The position numbers and the translations under genes are program-made. From a virus (taxonomy: Duplodnaviria > Caudoviricetes), in the IMG/VR virus record IMGVR_UViG_3300017913_001781, positions 58,951 through 122,950 of that record: 64,000 nt of DNA. One strand, written 5' to 3'. The notes below the pieces were generated by a model, which saw only the letters and a program-made list of their open reading frames with translations, did no database searches and was not told the DNA's origin. Positions within the stretch are counted from its first letter, which is position 1. Each line of letters starts with the position of its first letter. Of this stretch, positions 9,659 to 19,251 are shown piece after piece.

Positions 9659-10712
9659 TCTTACAGAGGATCTAAAGCACAAGATAAAGCTCGCGCTTAA
9701 GGAAGTAGTAGTTCAAGAACACGCTGCTTCCAATAAGCAAACCCTACGGGACATGTCAGGACGAATAGTCTTGGCATGTCCTTATTGTGGGGATTCCCAT
9801 AAAGATGATACCAAAAAAAGAGGTAACATATATTGGGATACGCTTCAGTATCATTGCTATAACTGTAGTCATCACACTAACCTATTTGGTTTCTTAAAGG
9901 ACCATGGTGTTAGAATGCCAAATACTGGCGATTCATTCGACGTTATAGACTATATTAAAGCTAATGAGAGAAGTGTTAAGAAGGTTGAAACACTTCGTCA
10001 CAATGTATTTACTAAGGCTGATGAACTTGCTATTCCTATAGATAAGTTTAAGCAGTATTTTGGAGCAGTCGATATTGAACCTGGAGATTGGATTTGGTTT
10101 AAGCTTAAAGAACGTTTGCTTCATCATATGGCCGATCACTTTTTATTTTCTAATAAGGATCAAAAATTATGGATTCTTAACAAGACTCCAGAGGGCAATA
10201 TATTGGCCGCTCAAAGTCGTCGTATGAAGGGCAAAGGTTCCAGATATCTTACGTATGATTTACCTAAGTTGTACGAAGAAATGAATATAGAACTAAACTT
10301 AGAAGAAGAAGATCTTGTTAAGGTAAGTAAAGTTTCAACTTTATTTGGCATTATGCAACTTAACTTTCAACGAGACGTTACTATTTTTGAAGGGCCATTA
10401 GACGCTAAGTTTATGTCTAACTCACTTGCATTAGCTACAGCCGGCAGATCAACTCAAGAGTTTGATGAGATGGCGACAGTAAGATATATGTTTGATAACG
10501 ATAAAACAGGCCGAGAAAAGATGGCAGAAAAACTTAAGAAAGGAAGGCCAGTATTTATGTGGTCCAAATTCTTAAGCGAAAATAAGCTAGATACATATAA
10601 CATAAAAGACTTAAACGATCTTATGATCGTGTGTTACCGAGAGGGGTCTAAGGCTTATAAAAGAATAAATGAATACTTCACTACAAGCCCGCTAGACTTA
10701 TGGTACGTATAG
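9642..10712 (+). CDS. DNA primase (T4 gp61-like)
   Basis: Zn finger CPYCGDS...YHCYNC, TOPRIM motifs IFEGPLDA and FDNDKTG, and KDLND. Confidence 0.9.
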   Translation: MTSTSNLTEDLKHKIKLALKEVVVQEHAASNKQTLRDMSGRIVLACPYCGDSHKDDTKKRGNIYWDTLQYHCYNCSHHTNLFGFLKDHGVRMPNTGDSFDVIDYIKANERSVKKVETLRHNVFTKADELAIPIDKFKQYFGAVDIEPGDWIWFKLKERLLHHMADHFLFSNKDQKLWILNKTPEGNILAAQSRRMKGKGSRYLTYDLPKLYEEMNIELNLEEEDLVKVSKVSTLFGIMQLNFQRDVTIFEGPLDAKFMSNSLALATAGRSTQEFDEMATVRYMFDNDKTGREKMAEKLKKGRPVFMWSKFLSENKLDTYNIKDLNDLMIVCYREGSKAYKRINEYFTTSPLDLWYV

Positions 10713-10921
10713 AAGATATAACAAAAATGGTTGAAGAAGATTTAGATAATTTCTATGAAGATGGAAAGAGATTTAAAGGTCATAAGTTATTACTTGACTT
10801 TGATAGCTCCGAATATGATGTAGAATTACCTGAAACAGAGTCTATAAAACCAAAGTTTAAAAAGAAAAAGAAGGCTAGCGTGTTCGTTAAGCCTAAATCG
10901 AATAGAAGATCGCTATTTTAA
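10700..10921 (+). CDS. Hypothetical protein
   Basis: 73-aa ORF coupled between primase and the UvsY-like gene, with a basic C-terminus. Confidence 0.5.
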   Translation: MVRIEDITKMVEEDLDNFYEDGKRFKGHKLLLDFDSSEYDVELPETESIKPKFKKKKKASVFVKPKSNRRSLF

Positions 10922-11346
10922 TGGGAAGTAAAGAAAAAATATTAGAAATCGATGAGCGCTTAGGTAAGCAAAGGGGTGAATGGTCTGAAAAGATCAAAGA
11001 ACTCGCTGATAGCCTTAAGTATATTAATGGTATGGAAGAAACCATTGCTAAAGTACTTTCGTCTCGCCAAACGCTAATCGACCAAATCGCATATATAAAC
11101 ACTAAGATTCGCGCGCAGAAGGCAACCCTTGCTAGTCGAAACCGCGAAGCTTATATTAGATATTTTGAGTATGACTATAAACTAGGAGAGAAGCAAAAAG
11201 TAATGTTTATGGAGGCAGACTTAGCCGATGACAATACTATATTAGCTCACTTAGAAAACCAACTCGAATTTCTAAAAGAGTCGGTAAAGACCCTAGATAA
11301 TATGGGTTTTGCCATCCGAAACAGACTTGCACTCAAGGATCTGTAA
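10921..11346 (+). CDS. uvsY: Recombination mediator, UvsY-like
   Basis: 141-aa helical protein immediately upstream of UvsW. The C-terminal FLKESVKTLDNMGFAIRN resembles UvsY. Confidence 0.7.
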   Translation: MGSKEKILEIDERLGKQRGEWSEKIKELADSLKYINGMEETIAKVLSSRQTLIDQIAYINTKIRAQKATLASRNREAYIRYFEYDYKLGEKQKVMFMEADLADDNTILAHLENQLEFLKESVKTLDNMGFAIRNRLALKDL

Positions 11347-11369
11347 GGAGAAGAAAACAACGAGTCAAT

Positions 11370-12878
11370 GTGGAACTTAGCTTAACAGAAAATAATCAGT
11401 TTCTAAGAGTAGATTCAGCGACAGAGTTAGAAATAGAACAACTCAACATCTCACTTACTAAGAGAATAGAATCATGGCGATTCAATCCTTTGGTCAAGCG
11501 AGGTGTCTGGGATGGTTACGTCTCGTATATTAAAGATGACAAATGGATTCCTTCTGGTTTATGGAAAGAAATTATGGATACGTGTAAGGAGTATTCATAT
11601 GACCTTAAATTAAACGGAGTCACTGATCTTTTTGATAAAAGCGTTAACCAAGAAGAATTTGAAGCTTGGGCTTTAGACTTCTTTAAAGACTCTGAGATTA
11701 CGCCACGCGACTATCAAATGGATGCAGCTTTTAACATCTTAAAGTTTAGAAGATGTTTGGCAGAATTAGCTACCTCAGCAGGTAAGACTCTTATTTCTTT
11801 CTTAGTAGTAGCATATATGCTTGAAAAGAAAAAGGCCAATAAGGTCTTATTTATAGTACCTAACGTTTCACTTGTAGTTCAAGCTACTGAAGACTTTATG
11901 GACTATAACTATAAGAATCAGGTTAGTATTAAGATTCAACAAATCTACTCAGGCCAAAAGATTAGAGCTGGCCGTAATGTTGTTATTGGAACGTATCAAT
12001 CTCTTGTTAAAAAGAACAAAGAGTATTTCGAGCAGTTTGATGCTGTTATCATTGACGAGACACATAAGGCTAAGTCTAATTCTATTAAGACTATCTTGCA
12101 GAAGTGTGTATCGGCTAAGTATCGTTTTGGTTTGTCAGGAACTATTCCTAAAAGAGGTAAGTTAGACAGACTCACTTTGATGGCTTACACCGGTCCTGTT
12201 ATTACAGAAGTCAGTGCTAATTTCTTGCAAAAACAAGGACATATTGCCGGTTGCAAAGTTAAAGTCATTGAAATGGATTATGCGCCAGATTCTACGAAAC
12301 AAGCTTTCATGGAAATGGCAATGAACAAATACGAAAGCAAAGACGTATTTAAATTTGAACAAAACTACGTAATAAATTCCCCCGGTAGACTAAACTTTAT
12401 TACGAATGTCATATCTAAAATTCCCCGAAATTCCCTTGTCTTGTTTCATCGCATCGAACATGGTAAAAAGCTTTATGAGAAGCTCAGACAGGATAGCGAT
12501 AAGGTTGTCTATTATGTAGATGGAGGTACTGATAAGGACATAAGAGAAGAATACAAGAAAAAGATGGAAGCCGGTGAAGAAGTAGTAATTGTAGCTTCAT
12601 ACGGCACTTTCTCTACTGGAATTTCTATTAAGAAAATACACAACATTTTCTTCACAGAATCATTCAAATCCGAGGTCATTATTAGACAATCTATTGGTCG
12701 TGGACTTAGACAACATAAATCAAAAGAAGAAGTTATTATTGTAGACTTTGTTGATGATTTATCTTCTCCAGAGTGGTTCAATTACTTAATGAGACATGCT
12801 AATGCGAGGCAGCGTATTTACAAGGAACAGAAGTTTAGCTATAGCGTGAAAAAGGTTCAATTTGAAGGAGATATATAG
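11370..12878 (+). CDS. uvsW: SF2 DNA helicase UvsW
   Basis: WDG, PRDYQ, LATSAGKT, IIDETH, GLSGT, STGISIK and QSIGRGLR motifs. Confidence 0.92.
   Translation: MELSLTENNQFLRVDSATELEIEQLNISLTKRIESWRFNPLVKRGVWDGYVSYIKDDKWIPSGLWKEIMDTCKEYSYDLKLNGVTDLFDKSVNQEEFEAWALDFFKDSEITPRDYQMDAAFNILKFRRCLAELATSAGKTLISFLVVAYMLEKKKANKVLFIVPNVSLVVQATEDFMDYNYKNQVSIKIQQIYSGQKIRAGRNVVIGTYQSLVKKNKEYFEQFDAVIIDETHKAKSNSIKTILQKCVSAKYRFGLSGTIPKRGKLDRLTLMAYTGPVITEVSANFLQKQGHIAGCKVKVIEMDYAPDSTKQAFMEMAMNKYESKDVFKFEQNYVINSPGRLNFITNVISKIPRNSLVLFHRIEHGKKLYEKLRQDSDKVVYYVDGGTDKDIREEYKKKMEAGEEVVIVASYGTFSTGISIKKIHNIFFTESFKSEVIIRQSIGRGLRQHKSKEEVIIVDFVDDLSSPEWFNYLMRHANARQRIYKEQKFSYSVKKVQFEGDI
12870..12877 (+). promoter_or_regulatory. 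Late promoter GATATATA
   Basis: Recurrent octamer shortly upstream of structural genes. Confidence 0.7.
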
Positions 12879-12902
12879 AAAAAGTAAAATATTACTATAA
12901 TC

Positions 12903-13532
12903 ATGAATAAATTACAAGACTTTAATAGCTTTGCTTCTGCTAAAAGACAAGAGGCTCAAATCAAGTTAGAGCAAGAGCAAGAAGCGAAAAGAACATCTAG
13001 TGCCGAAACATTTAAATCTCTTTTAGCAGAATACGGCGTAACAGATCTTAATGAATTAGATGAAGAACAAAAAACTTCTTTCTTTTTAAAGTTAAGAGGC
13101 GGAGAAGTAAACGAGGACGTTAACTATATGATTGATAGATTAGAAGAGGCATATTCAGTTACTGAAGCTGAAGTTAAGTCTGAAGAAGAGTTTCAAGAAT
13201 ATGCAATGACTGTCTTGAAAAAAGCATTTGGTGAAGATTTTGATGAAGCTAAAGCACAAGAAACTATCGATGGTATTCTTGGTAAGGCAAAAGGAGACTA
13301 TGGTGCAGCTATAGGTATGCTAACATCTTCTTTAGGAGAATCAGTAAAGGTCAATGAATCCGATATTAAATCAGACGAAGATTTTAAAGAGTATGCATTC
13401 TCAGTTCTTCAAAAAGCATTTGGAGACGAGTTTGACGAAGCAAAGGCTCAAGAAGTAGTAGACGGAATTCTATCTAAAGCCGGCGGTGATTATGGTGAAG
13501 CTGCGGGTATGCTACAAAGCTCACTTGGATAA
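12903..13532 (+). CDS. Putative internal head protein with two tandem 58-aa domains
   Basis: Late motif at 12870, leader MNKLQDFNSF, and an internal duplication. Confidence 0.55.
   Translation: MNKLQDFNSFASAKRQEAQIKLEQEQEAKRTSSAETFKSLLAEYGVTDLNELDEEQKTSFFLKLRGGEVNEDVNYMIDRLEEAYSVTEAEVKSEEEFQEYAMTVLKKAFGEDFDEAKAQETIDGILGKAKGDYGAAIGMLTSSLGESVKVNESDIKSDEDFKEYAFSVLQKAFGDEFDEAKAQEVVDGILSKAGGDYGEAAGMLQSSLG
13164..13529 (+). repeat. Two 58-codon intragenic repeats (13164-13337 and 13356-13529)
   Basis: EAEVKSEEEFQEYAMTVLKKAFGEDFDEAKAQETIDGILGKAKGDYGAAIGMLTSSLG versus ESDIKSDEDFKEYAFSVLQKAFGDEFDEAKAQEVVDGILSKAGGDYGEAAGMLQSSLG. Confidence 0.95.
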
Positions 13533-14821
13533 TGAATAAAATCCTATTATATAGAGATTTTTTAAATGAAAGAGCGCAGCCCATAGACATGGGCTATTCT
13601 CTTGTTATGGAGGGCGGTGCAGCTGGTCATATGAATCATCCATTTGATGATAAGTCTTTAACTTTTGGAGACTTTAAAAAGATTGTAGAATACGGTCTTA
13701 GAGGAGAACTTAATTTCGAAGAAGCTGCTACTGAAAAAACAGATGGACAAAACGTATTTGCCACTATTCAAGATGGTGAGGTAAAGTTCGCTAGAAACAA
13801 GACAGAACTAATCACGCCAATGGACTTGAATACATTTAAGCAAAAATTTGATAACCATGCAAGCGCTATGGTTGAAGAGACTTTTAAGTTGGCCGCTGAA
13901 GATTTAGCATCTCAGTTAATGAAATTACCAAATAATGTTCAAGAAGAAACATTTGAAAATGGACTTAATTGGATGAATATGGAATTGATCTATTCTAGAA
14001 ACCCAAATGTTATTTATTATGACAGAGATGTAATTCAATTCCATGGTATCAAGAAGACTGATGGTCAAGGTAATATTATCGGAGAAGATAATAAACCAGC
14101 ATCTTCATTAGTTAAAGCATTGGCAGCAGTTAAAGCGAATGTTGGTAAAACATTTACAATAATTCCCCCACAAATCATTAAGCTTGGTAAAGACATAGAT
14201 TTTGAAACCAATAGAACTAAATTCTTAAAACAAATTGAAGTACTTAGAAATAAGTATAATTTAACCGATGCTGATGAAGTATCGCGTTATCATGAGATGT
14301 GGTGGAGAGATCAAATTGAAGAAACTTTTGGCGAATTAACACAAGACCATAAAGAAGGGCTTTTACTAAGATGGGCTTATGGTGATAAAAAGACTCTTAA
14401 CCTAAGACAGCTTAAGAAAGAGGTTACTTCAGACCAAATGGATGCTATTAAAAAATATGATAAAGAAGACGTTAAGAAAAAGTACAAAGAAAACATTAGA
14501 CCATTTGAAGATTTATTCCTAGAATTGGGTTCTATTATTCTTAAGAACGCCTCTAACTTTGTCGCTGCTAATCCAAGCGCAGAAATGCAAAGATTACATA
14601 ATCAAATTAGAACAGAAGCTGAAAAAATTAAAAAAGGAGGCGACGTTAATCAAATTAAAAAGGTTGAAGCAGAGCTTGCAAGATTAGAAAGAATCGGAGG
14701 AGTAGAATCTATTATGCCAACCGAGGGTATAGTATTCGTGTATAAAGGTAAAACATTTAAGCTTACTGGAACTTTCGCTGCTATAAATCAACTTATGGGA
14801 ATTATAAAATACGGCAGATAA
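13532..14821 (+). CDS. RNA-ligase/capping-enzyme-fold covalent nucleotidyltransferase (DUF6267-like) with a capsid-targeting leader
   Basis: Motif I EKTDGQN, FARNK, III NMELIY, IIIa IQFHG, IV EGIVF, V FKLTG. Leader MNKILLYRDFLNE. Confidence 0.65.
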   Translation: MNKILLYRDFLNERAQPIDMGYSLVMEGGAAGHMNHPFDDKSLTFGDFKKIVEYGLRGELNFEEAATEKTDGQNVFATIQDGEVKFARNKTELITPMDLNTFKQKFDNHASAMVEETFKLAAEDLASQLMKLPNNVQEETFENGLNWMNMELIYSRNPNVIYYDRDVIQFHGIKKTDGQGNIIGEDNKPASSLVKALAAVKANVGKTFTIIPPQIIKLGKDIDFETNRTKFLKQIEVLRNKYNLTDADEVSRYHEMWWRDQIEETFGELTQDHKEGLLLRWAYGDKKTLNLRQLKKEVTSDQMDAIKKYDKEDVKKKYKENIRPFEDLFLELGSIILKNASNFVAANPSAEMQRLHNQIRTEAEKIKKGGDVNQIKKVEAELARLERIGGVESIMPTEGIVFVYKGKTFKLTGTFAAINQLMGIIKYGR

Positions 14822-16662
14822 TGGCACTTCAAGATCTAAGAAAACATTTTAATTCAGTTAATAGAAACGAGTTTATGGCTTTGTTAAAGCAAAGATGCTT
14901 GGTTACTGAAAAAATTCAAGCTTCTTCCTTTCATGTTAGAAATACAGATAAAGGCTATGACTACTATAAAAGCGGTTCTAAAACACCTATGAATAGGGTT
15001 GATAGAACAATAGTTAGGTATTATGAAAGTGCTATTGACTATTTTAGATCTATTCCTAAAGAAGTTAGAGAAGATATGCCAAAGGATTGGAAATTTGGTT
15101 TTGATTACATGACTGAAAAAAGAACAGTTGATATTCAATACGATGCTCTTCCCAAAAACAATCTTATATTAACACATATTCAAGTTTTAAATCCAACTGA
15201 CCCAACTCAAATTAAGAAAGTAATTAGAGACCCTAAAGTTCTTGAAAAATGGTCTAATATGTTACAAGTTCAGGCTCCTCCTATATTATTCAACGGAGTT
15301 TTAGATTCTAATCAAAAAGACATGTTAGTTGAGCTTTTAGAAATGAATAATGAATCATTTAAGAACGTATTTGAAAATACTTCCTTTACTAGAAAGGTCT
15401 ATAGTATTTTTAATCACATGGCAAATAAGACCGCTCTCAATGAAGGTTTAGATGGAGATATAGATTCGCTTATAGTTTCTTTTATAGACAAAAAGAATAT
15501 TAAGAACTTTAAACTTGGTAGATTTGATAAAGTTGAAGAAAAAGAAAGAGAAGCTTCCGACATGTATCAAATTACTATTCTAGATCTTGTCGAGTATATG
15601 ACTCAGTTCAATATGGATGATGTAAAATTGGTAGAAGAAGATACAGACTTAAGATACATTGAGCTAGTTTCAGAGATATTTAATCAATATATGTCTAAGA
15701 ACGCCGTCAAGTATATAGGCGCTGAGTTTGATTCGGCGGGTTTTTCTAGTAGAAAGGGATTTGAACTCAATAAAGACTTTATCAAAAACGAAGGCACGGT
15801 AAAGCTAATTCAAAACGAAGATTTATCGGAATTATTTAAGATTATGTTGGGATCATTTAGAAAAAAAAGAACAAAAGAAACCAAGATCATAAATGCCGAC
15901 CTTATGTCTCAAATGAACGAAATTGTAGAAAAGATAGAGTCCGCCGTCTTTGCAAAAAAGAATGAATCAGAGATTATGACATTTAATACTTACTTAAAGC
16001 AAGAAAAGCTAAAAACCCAAGTTAGTCCAATTATTGAAGCGCTAACAGTCGAACATCCTGATCAGGGGGCAAAGCCGGTTAATATGTTTGTTGGTAGATT
16101 CCAACCTTTTACATTAGGACACGCTAAAGTTATAGACGCTATTCATAAACAAAACGGTTATCCCGTTGTTATTTTCTTAGTTAAGTCAAAGACTAAGAAA
16201 AAAGAGGATGCATTTAAAAGACCCTATTCTGAAGAACTACAAATTGAAATGTTGGAAAAACTAAAAAAGAAGTATCCAATTGAAGAGGTATTTGTTATAC
16301 CTTCTGCAGCCATCGACAAAATGTTTAATGAAATGAGACCTAAATATGAACCGGTTCTTTGGGGAACTGGAACTGATAGATTAAAGGTTTATAGCTATCA
16401 AGTAGATAAGCAAGAATATAGAGATGATTTAGGCGTCAGAGATGATTTTGGACTGTTCGAGATACCAAGAACTGGTAAGAATATTTCAGCAACTCAAGTT
16501 AGAAATGCAATGTTAGCTGGAGATGAAAAAGAGTTTAAGAAGCTAACACCGAGGGAGATTCATTCGATGTATTTAAAACTTAAAGATACGTTAGAGCAAT
16601 CAATGGCAACAATGGAGTCCACGTCAAACATTATGACTTTCAATCAGTTCTTAAAATCCTAA
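14821..16662 (+). CDS. Fusion of a degenerate ligase-fold domain and an HxGH-family (cytidylyltransferase/NMNAT-like) nucleotidyltransferase
   Basis: N-terminal TEKIQASSF, APPILFNG, DIDSLIV, NFKL. C-terminal FVGRFQPFTLGH, GTDR, ISATQVR. Confidence 0.7.
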   Translation: MALQDLRKHFNSVNRNEFMALLKQRCLVTEKIQASSFHVRNTDKGYDYYKSGSKTPMNRVDRTIVRYYESAIDYFRSIPKEVREDMPKDWKFGFDYMTEKRTVDIQYDALPKNNLILTHIQVLNPTDPTQIKKVIRDPKVLEKWSNMLQVQAPPILFNGVLDSNQKDMLVELLEMNNESFKNVFENTSFTRKVYSIFNHMANKTALNEGLDGDIDSLIVSFIDKKNIKNFKLGRFDKVEEKEREASDMYQITILDLVEYMTQFNMDDVKLVEEDTDLRYIELVSEIFNQYMSKNAVKYIGAEFDSAGFSSRKGFELNKDFIKNEGTVKLIQNEDLSELFKIMLGSFRKKRTKETKIINADLMSQMNEIVEKIESAVFAKKNESEIMTFNTYLKQEKLKTQVSPIIEALTVEHPDQGAKPVNMFVGRFQPFTLGHAKVIDAIHKQNGYPVVIFLVKSKTKKKEDAFKRPYSEELQIEMLEKLKKKYPIEEVFVIPSAAIDKMFNEMRPKYEPVLWGTGTDRLKVYSYQVDKQEYRDDLGVRDDFGLFEIPRTGKNISATQVRNAMLAGDEKEFKKLTPREIHSMYLKLKDTLEQSMATMESTSNIMTFNQFLKS

Positions 16663-16668
16663 TATATA
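16661..16668 (+). promoter_or_regulatory. Late promoter AATATATA
   Basis: Recurrent octamer. Confidence 0.65.
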
Positions 16669-16693
16669 GAAAAAGAAAATAAACTACATAAAT

Positions 16694-19189
16694 ATGAAAT
16701 TCCAAGATTTCCTAAATGAAAAGAAAGTAACGTTAAAGAGACGTTACACTGAAAATCATCCAGCGATGGAAGCTGGTTTAACGGCAAGAGTCAGAAACAA
16801 AATGATAGAAGCGGTTGCTGATGGCACGTTAACTCAAGAAGAGTTTAATTCTATTTTATCTGAATTAAGCAATGATTCTAAAAGATGGATGACCAGAAAT
16901 GCAAAATACTTTAATGTATCAGAAGACGGTATCACATTATCTAGATTTGGTAAAAGAGTTCTTAAAACATTTGCAATTAATGAAAATGAAGGCTTTATTT
17001 TAGAATCTACGCGTTCTCAAATTGGTATCATTGATAGAAGAGGCGTTATTCACTCTACATATGTTCATAGCGATGGTTATCCAGAAGGTGTAGGCCAAAT
17101 GGCAAAAGATCATTTTTCTGACACTAAAAAGATGAAAGAACTATTAAAACTTGGAAAGAATGGTATTTCATATTTAGAGCCTGGTATTGAAGGTGGTGAA
17201 GGACACCACTTTAATACACCAATCGATGGTCAAACAGTATTTTATGGTAGAGATAGAGGCGAAACTAAATACAATATGACTCAAAAAAGAAAGTTAGAAG
17301 ATCTAGATGATTATCTACAAGATGTTGCCTTTGATGGTGCAGAATATGTTTATCTTTGGGATGAAAAAGAAAAAGAGTGGAAGTACGCAGTTGCTAAAAC
17401 TAAAGACGGTAGACAAATGGGTCTTCAAGTCCTAGAGTCTGAGTTAATAGAAGATGATGTTATAGAAGAAGGTAAATATGAAGATATGTTAGATAAAGGA
17501 GATGGACATATTCACTTTATTTTAAAGGATGAAAAGACTGCTGAAAAATTAGCTGATAAAATTGAAGAGGAAGGTTTAGGTGATTGTGATTTTTATCCTC
17601 AAGGTAAAAAGATTTACTTAAGAGTTTCTTTAACAGGGCAGGAAAATAAAGCAAATTCTAATATACCTAAGATAGAAAAGATTGTAGGTATGAAAGCTAA
17701 GTCTGGCTCACCAGAAACATGGGATGGTTCTATGTTGGGTGAAGGTAGAAACGCATTTATTACTGCAGCTAGAGCAGCTAAAGCAGAAGGTTTAAAAGAA
17801 TTTGAATTTAAGGGTAAAACCTTTCCGGTTACAGTAAAAGATGTAAGTGAGGAAGCTCCCGAAGTAGAAGAAACAAAAGAAGTTACAGAAAATAAATTAG
17901 TCTCAGAATCATTTGGAAAGTTTATTGCTTCTCTAAATGAAGAAAATGTTAATGAATGGGGAACTTCTGATAGCTATGCTATGAGTGAAGTAATTCACTA
18001 TATGATTAGAAAGCCTAAAAACATGCCATCTCCGTTTGATAAAAAACTAAGAGATGCGGCTGAAAGTGCAGTTGATAGATATTGGGATGAGTGGCCTGAA
18101 TACAAAACCAATTATGAAGGTTTAGTAGACGACGCCGTTAGAACTTATTTAAGACATTTTCATAGAGAAGAGTTTAAATTGGCCCAAAGAATGTTTGAGC
18201 CAGTAGAGTCAAATTCTATTGAAGTAGGAGAGGACGTTAACGAGGCATTTAAGTCAGCCAAATTAGCTCAACTTTTTAATACTAAAATATCTCGCAGTTG
18301 GTCTTCTAGCTCATTAAAGGACTTACCTAAAGCTTTTTATAACATGGCTAATATTGCTTTAGATAAAGTAGAGGATGAAGATATAATTGATATGAGTGCA
18401 GCTGAAGCGCATGCTATAACTAGAAAGGACAAAGATAATCGCTATGTTATATTTTACGTAGTAGATCAACAAAAAGAAAATCCGCATGCTGGTTACGAAG
18501 GGCAAAAAACTATCCCAGCTGGTATTTTGGCTATTGTTAAGGGTAATCAATTTCAAGGCATGGCATGGGGCCGTAATTCATCCGGCCACGGCCGAACTTT
18601 AGCATCTAGCGAACCTGGTGATAGCGTAGGTATTAGTAAAAAGTATAAAGGCTGGGATTCAACGGGCCTTTACAATCCTAAGAGAATTTCAGAGGTTGCA
18701 GATAGAGCAGTTGTCTTAGATACTGCGGTACTTAGAGATAAGTATTCAACTGCTGGAAAGATGGCTGATAGAGCAGCCGCTAAGAAAGGTGCAATCGCTT
18801 TTAAATCAGATAAAGATTTCAAAAGAGAAAATATGAAGCGATATAAAGAGATCTTAGCAGACAAAGCAGCTAACTTACCTCTAGATAAAATGGTTAAGGA
18901 CGCGGTAGATGCTTTAACTTTACAAATTCAACAGGGTCTAGCTAAAGGTGAAGTCGAAAATGGAGAGCCCTTAATCGGTAGAAATTCAAAGGGTAGAGCA
19001 GTAAAAATGAGAGACGCCGCTAATCATATGTCTCAGATTTTAGATAATTACTCAAACTATGTGAGATATTCTAATGAAGCTCAAAGCGGTCTTATTGGAT
19101 CTAGCTATTACGAAACAAGAGTTAAGGACGAAGCCAAGCTTATCAAAGACAGAATTGATAAAATTGAAAATATGGACTATGCCTGGTAA
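16694..19189 (+). CDS. Multidomain putative internal head polyprotein
   Basis: Late motif at 16661 and leader MKFQDFLNE. Domains are separated by acidic (I/L/V)xE-rich linkers and include an STRSQIG..YVHSDGYPEGVG domain and an EGRNAFITAARAAKAEGLKEFEF motif. Confidence 0.6.
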   Translation: MKFQDFLNEKKVTLKRRYTENHPAMEAGLTARVRNKMIEAVADGTLTQEEFNSILSELSNDSKRWMTRNAKYFNVSEDGITLSRFGKRVLKTFAINENEGFILESTRSQIGIIDRRGVIHSTYVHSDGYPEGVGQMAKDHFSDTKKMKELLKLGKNGISYLEPGIEGGEGHHFNTPIDGQTVFYGRDRGETKYNMTQKRKLEDLDDYLQDVAFDGAEYVYLWDEKEKEWKYAVAKTKDGRQMGLQVLESELIEDDVIEEGKYEDMLDKGDGHIHFILKDEKTAEKLADKIEEEGLGDCDFYPQGKKIYLRVSLTGQENKANSNIPKIEKIVGMKAKSGSPETWDGSMLGEGRNAFITAARAAKAEGLKEFEFKGKTFPVTVKDVSEEAPEVEETKEVTENKLVSESFGKFIASLNEENVNEWGTSDSYAMSEVIHYMIRKPKNMPSPFDKKLRDAAESAVDRYWDEWPEYKTNYEGLVDDAVRTYLRHFHREEFKLAQRMFEPVESNSIEVGEDVNEAFKSAKLAQLFNTKISRSWSSSSLKDLPKAFYNMANIALDKVEDEDIIDMSAAEAHAITRKDKDNRYVIFYVVDQQKENPHAGYEGQKTIPAGILAIVKGNQFQGMAWGRNSSGHGRTLASSEPGDSVGISKKYKGWDSTGLYNPKRISEVADRAVVLDTAVLRDKYSTAGKMADRAAAKKGAIAFKSDKDFKRENMKRYKEILADKAANLPLDKMVKDAVDALTLQIQQGLAKGEVENGEPLIGRNSKGRAVKMRDAANHMSQILDNYSNYVRYSNEAQSGLIGSSYYETRVKDEAKLIKDRIDKIENMDYAW

Positions 19190-19251
19190 AATTAAAAAAG
19201 TATTTTGGGAATATTGGATAAAACCATGGCACCCCATTTCAAATTAATATT

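Noticed and set aside
13164-13529. Diversity-generating retroelement TR/VR pair
   Set aside because: Differences between the copies are not adenine-specific, both copies are in one ORF, and there is no reverse transcriptase in the window
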